DNA from: Marsupella aquatica | Taxonomy: Eukaryota > Plantae > Marchantiophyta | Direction: 5' to 3' | DNA length: 64,000 nucleotides | NCBI GenBank assembly: GCA_973895155.1 | Contig: OZ316892.1 | Span: 21,887,619 to 21,951,618, forward strand | Shown here: positions 1-12,000 of the stretch, piece after piece | Layout of the letters: the number at the start of each line of letters is the position of its first letter | How positions within the stretch are numbered: position 1 is the first letter of the stretch | The notes under the pieces: generated by a model | Seen by the model: only the letters and a program-made list of their open reading frames with translations | What the model was told of the DNA's origin: nothing | The model's database searches: none | Made by a program: the position numbers and the translations under genes

Positions 1-3000
1 ATTCTAATTATCTGCTCGGCCCCTGGTTGCCCACTTTGTGGCCCAGATGTAATCCTCTTTCCTTCTTGGTGCGGGTCCCTGTCGGATCCGTTGGGGCTCA
101 CCCTGGTCTGGGTTCCCTACTGTCACATTGGGGTGGGGGGAGTCTAATTGTATTTCCTCCCCATTTCCGTTCAAGACAAAAAAAAACAAAACAAACTACA
201 GTCCAAGCATTGAATATGAGAATCAGGGGCTAAGAACTTTTTTTGTTGCCTTGAACATCCAAAACTGACCCATCCAACAAGGATAGACAATCAACTCCAC
301 AGCATGCACCCACAAGGGGAATTACACCCAATACTAGGAGGGAGTGAGGGTCAGACCAGAGCCCCAAAGCAGACCAGGGCTAGCAACTCTTGGTAACGTG
401 TGAGAGGCATTCAAGAGCCCTAAAGATTCCTAATAGATGTGGAGGGGATGTTTCAATTGACTTTTTATAGACCTCAAGAGCTGGTCTAATTAAGTACCTT
501 TCCACTCAACCGTGACACATCAATATGTCACAACAAAAATCTAGGGCCCCACTGAAACCCAATGATTGGCAATCTCCAATCTTATGTAAAGCCAAGTTTC
601 CCCAAAAAACCTGGTCCAATGATACACATTTGTTTTGTTGGTTTTTGGTTGAAAGTAGGAACGGAGCCCCAACGTCAATAACAAGAGGCAAAAGCTAGAA
701 GAGGGCCAAAACCCAAGAGGGCCCCAGCAGCTGGGAAAAGGTGCTCAAGCAGAGATAAGAGTTGTCTTACATGTATGCAGTCCTTTCTTTTGTGGCTTTA
801 AACTGAACTCCTGACATCATACTAAAGACGGAGAATTTAATGCTTTAGCCTAGGACCTGCCACTTCAAACATATCTCAAAGGTGCATATTTAATCTGTTA
901 AAATGATAAAGGGTTCCTTCTATGCCTTGTAACCTTCATCGAAACAGAACAAATGTTAAATGGAAAACAGGCTGCTTTGGTTGATGTAAAGTCACCAAGA
1001 GGAGCTGACTGTAGAGTGTGGGGCATTGCTTTATTTTATTTTATTTCATATACTTACGTTGGAGAGTGGGTTGTCATTTGTGTTAACATGAAAATAGACA
1101 AGGTATGATTTTAACGATATATTTGTCAAATGTGTCTTGGTAGGTTAAGTTTGATAGCCACTGGCATAGCCCATCAGATGCATTTATGAGGTCTGGTAGG
1201 TGACATTCTCTCCTGTACTTTTTAGAATGATCAATTTTATCTCTATTTTCCTCAAAAGCTAATGGGAAAATGATCATCCCCGCACCTGCCGTGGACACAG
1301 CCAGGGAATGAATAGTTTAGAGACCAGGGCTCGATATTGTCAATTTAGTATCCGCACTGTGCTGCACCAAGTTCAGATCTGCCTTCCTAGCTTGCAAGAA
1401 ATAGCGAGCTCTATAAAGGCTAGCCTATGCCATCCCTTGCCAACCTCATAGGACGGTTCCAATGCAACAATTGTAACACGCATGGACGGCAATGGACAGG
1501 GCGAAGTACGTGCTTTGATTTTGCAGTTTCAGGCAGGGATTGCATTTGGGTAAAGCTCACCAATGAGTCAACGGCCCACCACTCACCTCGTCAGTCACCT
1601 CATCATTCACCTCGATTCCGAGACACAGATACTTCTATGGGGGAAGATGTATCACAAAGATGTATCACACTGCCCGAGGGCAAAAACGCCAAACCTGGAC
1701 CCAGGATCCCAAATCAAAGCAAAGCAACCCAATGAAGGAGAGGAAAAGAAGGGAAAGGGCCCAAAGAAAAAACAAGCCAAGGGGAAAATGCTCTTTAGCC
1801 AACTCGTTTCAAAAGAAAGATTATTCTTTGTCATGAATTATTATGACTTTACGGATGGATCAAATGTCCTGGCTGTTGCAAATATATGGATATCCAGAAC
1901 AAATATCCAAAGGGTGATCCTTTCAAGACAATGATTAGGTTTTGTCTTGAAGAATTATTATGACTTTGTGGATCAATTGTTCTGGCTGTTGCAAATGGGT
2001 AGATATCCAGAAAAAATATCCAACGGTGAATGGGCAGGCTTCTCACTCACCCTTACCTCCGCACCTCAATTCCCCCAATTAGTTGCCGCCGTCTATCTAT
2101 TGCTCCTACCCAGGGAGGGAGCAACTGGCTATAAAAAATCCTATGTAAAGCAAGACCCTTCCAAGAGTCTTGGAAAGGGTGAGCACGTGACAAAGAAGAG
2201 CTTGAAGATCAATAATGTTCTCTAGAGATGCCATGACTGGTGCTTGAGCCGTGCCTAGAAACTGTCTGGAAGTGAAAATTAAAGCAGCTCAACAGCATCC
2301 AAACTACCCAAATACAGAAGAAAGATGTTGCTTGGGTAACATCGCCAAAGGCATGCAAAAATGACAACATTGATAGACCCTAATCCTTATGCAACGTCTT
2401 TTGCAATTGTGTTTATCCTTGAGGCGATCGAAAAATTTGGAGTAGGATACTCTATAATGCCTTGTCATTTTTTCCTTCCAATAAGTGTAACCATGCAATG
2501 GACATAAAGCTAGTGTTCTGCGAAGCTATGCTTGTGACCCAATCTTAGTGGTTACAATAGGGTGTGTCAAATTTCTCCGTAAACAAAGCGTTATGGTTTA
2601 TTTTTTTGGACATACCATCTTTATAAGATATGTATTTTGGTAGCCCTTAGTGATTCTATCCTGAGTGTAACAACATTTTATGTACTGAGCTATAAATGAG
2701 ATGCCCTTAATGGACTGAATAACAAGGCTTTCACAATGGGAAATGGAAATCTTGCATTCGCAGGATGAGCAAATAGCTAACCCAGGTTAGCCAAACATGA
2801 TTTGTCATGTACTTCATTGTATGTGAAGGAAGAATTAATACATTGTTTGATGATGGTATGGAACTGGCCAGAAATCATATCAGAAAGAGTATTTTGGGGA
2901 GTGGCCATTTCCCTGGCTATGTCACATAGTCTGGCTTGAGTTTGTGCTACTTTGAGAGCTATCAAAGATAAAGTGTCTCTTTCCCTCTCAGCAACTGAGA

Positions 3001-6000
3001 TATGTTTTTATAGAGTTTAGTATAGTTCATTTAAATTTAAAATAATTATATTTTCTTGATAATGTATTAAGGACTTTAATCAAGTTATTATGGCAGGTAT
3101 TATACTAAAACATACACTTAATTAACCCACCTTTACATGGTCATTTTTGTCTTGCCAAAAGGTACTTAGTTAATTCACGCATTGGGAACTTGATTTTACT
3201 GTAGATGTTATAATCCATCCAAACATAAACTTTAACCATATTGAGGATAAATTCGACAGAAATTACACTACATGCCCTTCTAGTGCAATCATTCACGGGA
3301 AGAAATAGCCTCGCAAGTAGTGGCTACCGTCGTACTTGACGACGTTACCCTTTCCCACCGTCAAGACAACGACAGGGCGTGAAGACAGTAATGGAACTGA
3401 CCGTCGCAGTCGCCGTCAGTGTTGCGCCACGGCCACACTCTTGGGCACTTTGCTGGCTGCCGGTTGGCTGGATCCATCCGGTCGCCCGCCCGTCCGCCCA
3501 TCAGTCAATGTCAGTCACACACCAGTGAAGACAACCTTTCATAGCCAGTCAACGTGCCGAACGAGACTGACTCAATAAAAGCGAGCTTCAAATAATATTT
3601 GGGCGGCACGTCTAACGTCTCCCTGTCAATGCTAAATTTTTCAATTCAAACGTAGATCAAGCTTGGTGCACGGTTCAAATCCTGGCGCGCTTCCCCCGCC
3701 CTTCTCAAGCCTCAACGTGATGACACACGCATTTCGCAGCGAGGATTCCATCACAGGCCGTCTGGCCCATTGGCCAATCCGAGACGTCCATCTGTATAAT
3801 AGGCGGTTCAGATCAAAAGAATCTTAGAATAGTACGCTCCTGCGTCCTGTACCTTCGGATTAGGTACAGTACCGAAGGTATGTGTGCACCTGCACTTGCG
3901 TTCAAGACACTTGGTCAGAGACTGCACTCGGCATGTCCAGGTCAAGAAGCTCTGCTTCAGAGGACATGCGTTGCAGACCAAAACTCCACGAAACAAACGA
4001 ACCGTCTGGCCTGGCCTGGAAGGTACGGCTATGGTGGAGGTCTGGTGGCTTCTAAATGACATTCAACATTCAACTACCGCGCATCGAAGACGCATACACG
4101 GGCTAGCTGGAAGTCTGGAACACGAAGACAGGGTGAGAGAAGAATTCAGATTATTAGGCGAAAGGAGGGCTCAGATTTGGCAGTCGAAGCTTAAACTGGA
4201 ATTATACGAAGAAAGCGGTTCCAATTATATATACTACGGTTAGGATTTTATTTGATGAATTGGTGCGATGTCACGCAAAGATGGGGACCTTCAGCATGAT
4301 TGTCAATGAGGCTCTTGAGTATCATTGGAGAGCTACCGCAAAACTGTTTCGAATGATAGCGAGATCTCCCTCTAAAAGCTTGTGTTAGATCTGGATTAAA
4401 GAAAACTTTGACTTGTAATCAGTCCGAGGGCTCTCCCAGGAATGTTCTCGTGTAACGGTGACGTCATCCTGTTCGAGTCTGTAGACCGGGGAGCAGTTCA
4501 TCTGGTCAATGGTTTAATACGAAAAAAAGGAGCTGTTCGTAATTCAGGGTTTGATGATTGATGTCTATCATGTTGGTACGAATCCACCTAAAGATAGAGG
4601 GATTCAGCATGTCTATCAGGCTGAAGTCACACTCTTGGCATGAGGGTGACCGGATCGACAGGACGAACCCAAGAAGGATAAGGATCCACAGTGAAGCCGA
4701 GACTAGGTCCGTAGTGTAGAAAATGATCCAGACCTGTGTGTTTGATATGGTTCTTTGTCTCGCTTTCACCGTTCTCTCTCAATCTCTCCAGACCTGTGTA
4801 TTTGAGATGGTTCTTTGCCTTGCCTCAGTTCTGTGGTAGCAGTCTTCCGTTCTTTATCAACCGCTTCGGCCGAATGTGTGACGCTGTCGACGATTCCGAT
4901 CCGCTTAAATCAAGACCAGAAGTTCGAAAGCTGGATATGGCTGTGAATATCTGGAAGCACTTTTGATAGAAGAATTCGGGTCCATTTTGCATTCTTGTAA
5001 GAGGGAATAGTGCAACTGAATTAGCAGCTAGAACTAGGAGGATCGATCTGTGCCTCCTTGTTCAGAGTATAGCCTAATGTTACCAATCAGTGCATAGTTC
5101 TTCGGTCATTATTGTTTCTTCGATTTACTTTGCTACAGAACATGGTACACTGAAAATTGAGATCAAGATAAAGCCACAAGCCTAAGGCACAAGTGACCTA
5201 GATCGTTCTACGGCCTTAATATGTCGCAATCTAGTTGAATTATTCGGAAGGTCAAGATTCGGTACTTCTCTGTGGTGTAGCGCTCTCCAAAGACAATGCG
5301 GACCACGCATTACTAGATGAATTCAAAGGCATAGCTGTGGTGACTCAGTAGATTTGACATTTCGAAGTGAGCCCGTCCAGAAAAATGGGGTGAAATTGAT
5401 AACATACCGAAAACCTCAAATTCAGTGTCCCGTTCACTGTCTATTCAACGAAAGCTTTATCTGGCCGACTTAAGCAGGTGAGCGGATTGGTAGGGCTGGT
5501 TCAAATCGGCTGCAATCAATGTATAGATGGACCAATGCCAGTCTCATGTTCAAATTGTAACGTGCATGGTCAGCTTTGTGGTTACTGACAAGAGATTGTA
5601 CCGGATAGAACAGCAGTAACTGCAGATAGTCAGGCTCCTCGTTGGCTGTGCAGCGACAGACAGAGATCAAGAGCGTGCTAACATTTGAATTCATTAGTCG
5701 ACTATTCGAACTGCTCTTGTACGTAGCTGCACTAGCGGACTCTGCAATGCTGCATGGTGCATGGTGATGACCTTATAAAATTGTGAGCAAACTAAGATAG
5801 TCTGCATACTTTACGTTTGTCTGAGTTTGAAGGACCTCGCATGTACTGTAATCGACTAATGGTTCCAAAGCTACTCCCTGAATTCCGAAGCCCTGCCAAT
5901 CGAACGAAGCAGTAGAAAATATCTGATCCGAGTCTAATTTGTTAACCTGTCGAATCTTTGTAGGAGAATCATGGTACATGGTCTATTACGAGCTATATAA

Positions 6001-6095
6001 CTTAGCTCCACACTTCAATATCAAACTCTGTACGCAAATTCTGGCAGGTCGAGGGCGGCACATCTAGAGAGATCATCTGGCCAATCGAGTCAGGG

Positions 6096-9000
6096 ATGGG
6101 GTCGTATGACGGCGAACCGCACCAGGTCTTGGAGAGCTCGAGCATTGACGAACTGTGGAGAATGTCAAGTACACAGTCGCTAGAAGGAGGAGGCATTTTT
6201 AAGGACGATTTATTGCACAGCGAGCAGGAATCAGTAATTAATCCTTACTTATCGAAAGAACAACCGAGCGAAGGCTTAGAGCAGTCTCCTACCAACAGCG
6301 GAAGACAGAACGTGGATTCGTACAGTATAGCGGGCGGGTCCTTCCAGATCCCTGAAGCAGCAAGCTTTGCGTCCGTCGGAACGGGTTGGTTTCCTCTCCA
6401 ATGCAGCCCTACGTGTCCGTTTGTTTTGAGCGAAGCATTAAATGCATCTACCCGACAATACGGTTTGTTCCTTTTCCATTTTCTTGCAATTCGACTCTAT
6501 CAGAACCGCTCTACCAGTGAATTCGTATATGGGTATTTGGGTGTGCTGTCTTGACATTGATCACGTTCGGTCATAAGTAAATATGCCTCGGATCATGGAC
6601 CGATGTTGGTTACGCAAGTAAGCAGATAATAAGGTTTATGTCATGAAAATAGAATTGGAGGCACTTGCTAAATTTACGGTGATATTTGGCCAGTCCTTCC
6701 GTACTATTCTGAGCTTGACGGGGCTAAAAGGCAAAACAGATTAATTTTCGAGAATATATTACTGGAAGGAGGACACGATAATTATCACCTTGTATAACCT
6801 CAAAAGCGATATGACCTCGGAGCACCCAATCGGTTTTGGAACAGTGATCAACGACGCTTCCGTGGAGTGTCGTCCAGAGGCTGCTTGGGAGCCGATCAGC
6901 TGCGTCCAAAGTACGTCGCCTTGGAAGGCGCACACAAACGAGCTATTCAATCAAAAGGAAAGTGCTGGACTTTCTTCCGGCACTGCCCTGATTCCGATTC
7001 ACTTGGAGGTAATTCCGTACAGATAGGCACCCGTAGTGTAGGACCATTTTAAAGTGATGTAGCTCCTACATCTCCCTCCGGGGATCCCGATAGATGCACG
7101 TCCAATCATGCACCTCGGTGCGTACTCGGACGTGTGCTGAGTCAGTATGACCGCACTGACTGGCTCCGAAATCACATGACTATCGTATGAGATTCATATC
7201 AGCTTGTGGAATGGTCCTCTCACGGTGAGGCTTTCAATTGGGAGTGAACTTATCTCCACCCATTTGCGTTTATTTGCGTTTTGTATTTGAAGCATCACTT
7301 GGTTGTATCGGAGAAGCACTAGCCCGGGAAGTAGATCTGTAAGAACTTCTTGCCTCGGGTGACAGGCAACTTATAAACTTATAGTAGAGCACAGCCATTG
7401 AAATTGATTGAAAAGAGATCCAGGAAAAATAGTTTAGTCTTCCGCTGTTAGTACGAGACTGCTCTAAGCCTTCGCTCGGTACTAACAGCGGAAGACAAAA
7501 CGTGAGTCTTCTCCGGACAAGCTACCTAGCTATGTCCATAATATATTTCAATAGACGTTCACTGTGCTGACAAAAGAGCACTTTCGAGGTTAAAAAACAA
7601 TGAATACTCGTGTGGAGGGGCTTCTTACATGTTGCTAATGACGGCAGCAATGCCTTCTTAGAGGCCGATTGAATCGACCAGATCTTTTGTGGACGTGCTT
7701 CCAGACGGTTTCATGGTAGAAGTAGCTCCGTAATCACGTTCGTTGCCAGCTGGTGACCGACTGTGGCAGGCGCTTATCAGCAACTCCATAATGTCATTTA
7801 ATCATACATAGCACTTCCATCGAGCGGTAGTGGTGACGGCATCTAAACCAAATACCAGTACTGAGTGCTACTCTTGTGAGTGCTACGCTAGTGACCTTTT
7901 TTTTCGAAGTAGGATAAGATCAGGCGCGGTTACATCAATGATGGAAGCGATTTTGTACGACTGATTTCGGCTATTGTTTGGTTCCATGGGCAACTAAAAA
8001 AACCTTTGCAAGTTGGGAGAGTTTCTTTGAGCAGGCCTGCCCCATTCAGCTCAGTAATCTACTCAAACGTCCAGACCTGAATTGCTTATACACTACAAGA
8101 CTACCACGCTTTGCCCTTCTTCGCTTTTTCAGCTTAATTAAGTTTCAGTATGCTGGCCCAAAATCGAGGGCTTCTCGAATGATCTAAACCCTAGACCCCC
8201 CGTGAGTAAGGCAGATCTAGTAAATTATTAGACCTAGCTATGAGCATAATGGCACATATGACATCGACATGGATTGTAGATTCCTCAGTACAGTAGCAAT
8301 TATTCAAAACTTTTCATGATGCGGAAAAATAGCAGGCATATTTATGCACATTTCTAAGGATACAAGAGGATCGTTTGTAGACTGTGACGTAGTAGTCACA
8401 GGTTGTACAATACATTTTGACCATTTGAATCTCTATTATTTTCTTCTTCTCTTATGTACGTAGTTACAGGAGCTGAGATTTAGAGACCTGGTTTGAAGCC
8501 AATTGCGTCCAATGTCGAAAACTGCCGCTGAGTGGTGGGCTTCCTATAAAGTATTATGATGACCACATTTAGCATACGTTACTGAAATTCTCAGCAATCA
8601 TCGGAACTCACTCACAAGCTCAAACGAGCTGACCAAGAATATGATTTATGTAATCATCTTGTCTGTCTGCCTGTCTAATGTGTGCATCCATGCATTTACA
8701 CAGTTTGAGGATATAAGATACAAGATTATCTCGAGTCGAAGGGGGCCGAAGGCGTCGTGGGACCTGAGGGCATGCTGGAGTACGAAACAGCGCCGAAAGC
8801 AAAGACCTAGAGAAACGCATATTTTGAACGGGGTCAGCGGCTCAGTGGCCCCTGGAGAGATTCTTGCGATGATGGGGCCATCTGGAAGTGGAAAGGTGCT
8901 GGTCAATAATTGGGAGCACTTCATTATTTGTTAGGGGCAGTTTGGATTTTGTGTGGCTTTTCTTGAATGAAACGGGGCTTCCACTAATAATGTAGAACTC

Positions 9001-12000
9001 TGTTACTTCGTGCAGACAACTATGCTCAACATTCTCGGGGGCCGGCTCCTACGCGGGAAGTTCGTCGGGAAAATTTCATACAATGGGCTGCCTTACACCT
9101 CGGCCTTAAAAAGAAGGTGACCTCTAAAGGATAAAAGAGAGTAAATGGTATTCAGAATTAGGACACATTGTAACCCTTTCTACGGGCTGCCTACTCTCTA
9201 CGCGCCTACTCTCTACGCTGTTTTTAAAAATGGAATTTGTCGACATTGTCAGGAAGGAAAAGAACACATCCTCACCAAATCTATCAAGAGCGTCAACTCA
9301 TTGACAGGATTAGGCCAGGAATGGGCTATCGAAAACAAGCGTTCTGTTCAAAAATGAAAGGGAAAATCACCTAGAGAGTGGGATGAACGCACTTTTCAGC
9401 GCTCCCGTTAAATTTGAAATGAAAGAATGAATGAATCAGAGATTGGAGAGAACATAATTTTCAGCATACTATCCAAGTTGTCACGAATTCATCCCACAAA
9501 TGCGCTTTCAAACAATAAACTTTGTTCATAGAAATGGCTGGTAAAGGGATATAAAGCCTCGACGGTTAATAGTTGAAATCGCCATGATCTCACCTTTTAT
9601 GAACTGTGAGATGGACATGATAGTGAAACGCTTTTTGTTGGACATAATCTGCAGGATTGGGTATGTTACCCAAGACGATGTTCTGTTCCCGATACTGACC
9701 GTGAGAGAGACTCTGGTATTCGCGGCGTTGTTGCGTCTCTCCAAAAAACTGAGTCACAAAGAGAAGGTTGAACGCGCTGAGACAGTCCTTCGAGAGCTTG
9801 GCCTCGAGAGGTAAAAGCTCATCTATAGTTACTCTTACAAAGTCATTTTAATTCTACAGACTTTGGCAGACTTAACAAATCGACACCATTTTTTTTTTGA
9901 AATGTTATTAACCATACGATTTCTTGTCTGCTACCTCTTTCTCATTATTCGTGGGTCACAAAGGATCAAGAAATCCTGATCGTACTAGCTTTTGGCCTGC
10001 CATCTATGCTCCGTACCGAGGAGAGAGTTGCAGAACTTAGGTGTAGGTGTAGGTTTCTAGCAAATATATGGTACCGTGGGTTTGCAGAATTTGAAACATT
10101 GAAGAATTGCTAAGCGCCCAGACAAAATGTCCATTGATTGATACATTTCTAGATTTCTGAAAAACCTTGCTCTGCGTAATTTCCGAACGGTTGCAACTTG
10201 TTGTCAAATTGAGAATGTTTTTACTAGGATTGATTAATGTGAACTAAATTGGCCGGTGGAGATCACAAACGGACAGATGTCAGAACACAATTGTTGGGGG
10301 GCCGTTCGTTCCAGGAGTGTCTGGAGGAGAGCGCAAGAGGACGAGTATAGGTTACGAGCTTCTGGTGGATCCATCGCTACTGCTCTTGGATGAGCCCACC
10401 TCTGGTCTAGATTCGTCGACTGCTTTGCGGATCCTCCAACTCCTTCGAATCAATGCTCAGGTACCTTATTATGTATTGCCTCCTTGTAACTCATTATCTG
10501 ACAAGAGAGACTAGCTAAAAGAATATTCAATTCAGACCCTCAAATCCTACATTTCCTTCGCAAAGAACTGCTAGCACGCAGGTTTTTTACCAATAGGGAC
10601 GTCAGGCCCTACCCCGCTTTAATAGCTCAGGGGACCTCAGGAGCTCTTTATATAATAGACTGAGGCCCTCTAACAAACTAAGTTAAGTTACGGACTAGGA
10701 CGTCTCAAGATACGAGCCAAAGGTATCACTGGGCGTCATAGATCTCAAGGTCAAGGCAAGACCCAAAGAGCTGACAAGGACCAACTGGACTCCAGAGATG
10801 GGCAAGTACTCGCAACGACATACCAACCTCGCCTAGAAGGAGAAGCTCATGGTTTCTGCAATGGAACATTTGAAAACAAGGCAAGGAGATGGAGCAATGA
10901 ATTACAGTAATGGAAAAGATTGTAACTTAAATATCTTAAGAATGAGGAAATGAGAGCTTAGAGCTTATAGCGAACGAGAACGAGAACGAAGTCGAAGACC
11001 CCAAAACAAAGGGGAATGGGCCGATTTGTACTGCAAGGAACAATTGCAATCAATGAAGAAAGTGAGACGTAATTGTAAGGATGGCAGGAACGACTCGACA
11101 CAGTTTCAAGTCTCTGGAAAGAATCAGCAGCCATCCGTAACCAAACCGGCGAGAGGAGAGTTCAGACAACCTAAAAGTGCCCTGCGAGAACATTCTGTGG
11201 CAGTCATTAAGACCTGAAAGGTCTTTTCCATTCAGTGAAAATAACGATTGTGCTTCCTCTTAATGAATGAAACTGATTAATTTTTTTTAACGCGAGAAGG
11301 GATTTGATCTGAATGATTTGAGAAATTCGAAAGGTTAGGAGAATAAAGCTACGGGACAAAAAGAAGACGTCCATCACAAACAGTCCGTAGGCGAATGAGT
11401 GAGTACAGTGAAGCCAACGGTGAACAGAATAGGTGGTCACGAAATAAAAAGTGCGAATTTACATTGCGCAATTAATTTTTCATCGGATAAGTTTCTGGAG
11501 TATCTTGTTTCAATTATGAACGTTACTAAGAGTTCCTAACATTGGTTTGTCACATCTGATCTTGAGTCACAAGAAGAAGCTATGCGGATTGAACAAAAAT
11601 TTCACTGGGAGTGGGTGAAATAATTTGATAAGTGTCTTATGGATTGCTTGACAACAGATGAGACGAGTGATCGTCACAACCATTCACCAGCCATCAAGCC
11701 GGATGTTCCCCATGTTCGACAAACTCATTCTTCTGTCGGAGGGTCACCCCCTGTACTTTGGAGCCGCGAAGGATGCCATGGACTACTTCGCATCTCTACA
11801 ATTCGTACCACAGTTGACAATGAATCCATTTGATTTCCTGCTCGACCTGGCGTCAGGAATAACCAGTGACATCACTTCGCCTCCGGAGCTGTCCACTGAA
11901 AACACCGGAATCAGATTTTCAATTGGAGATGAACAAACCAATCATAATGTTGCCAAGGTTGGATGGAGGGCGCAGCCACATTCTCAGAGTTCGGGAGCAA

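Noticed and set aside
2300-3000. Short minus-strand ORFs that might be transposase fragments
   Set aside because: No recognisable motif; cannot be assigned without a search.
3655-3700. GGTTCAAATCC B-box-like motif suggesting a tRNA
   Set aside because: No acceptor stem, D-arm or anticodon arm could be folded around it.
10560-11470. Purine-rich stretch in an ABCG intron resembling retroelement debris
   Set aside because: No termini, TSD or coding motif identified.
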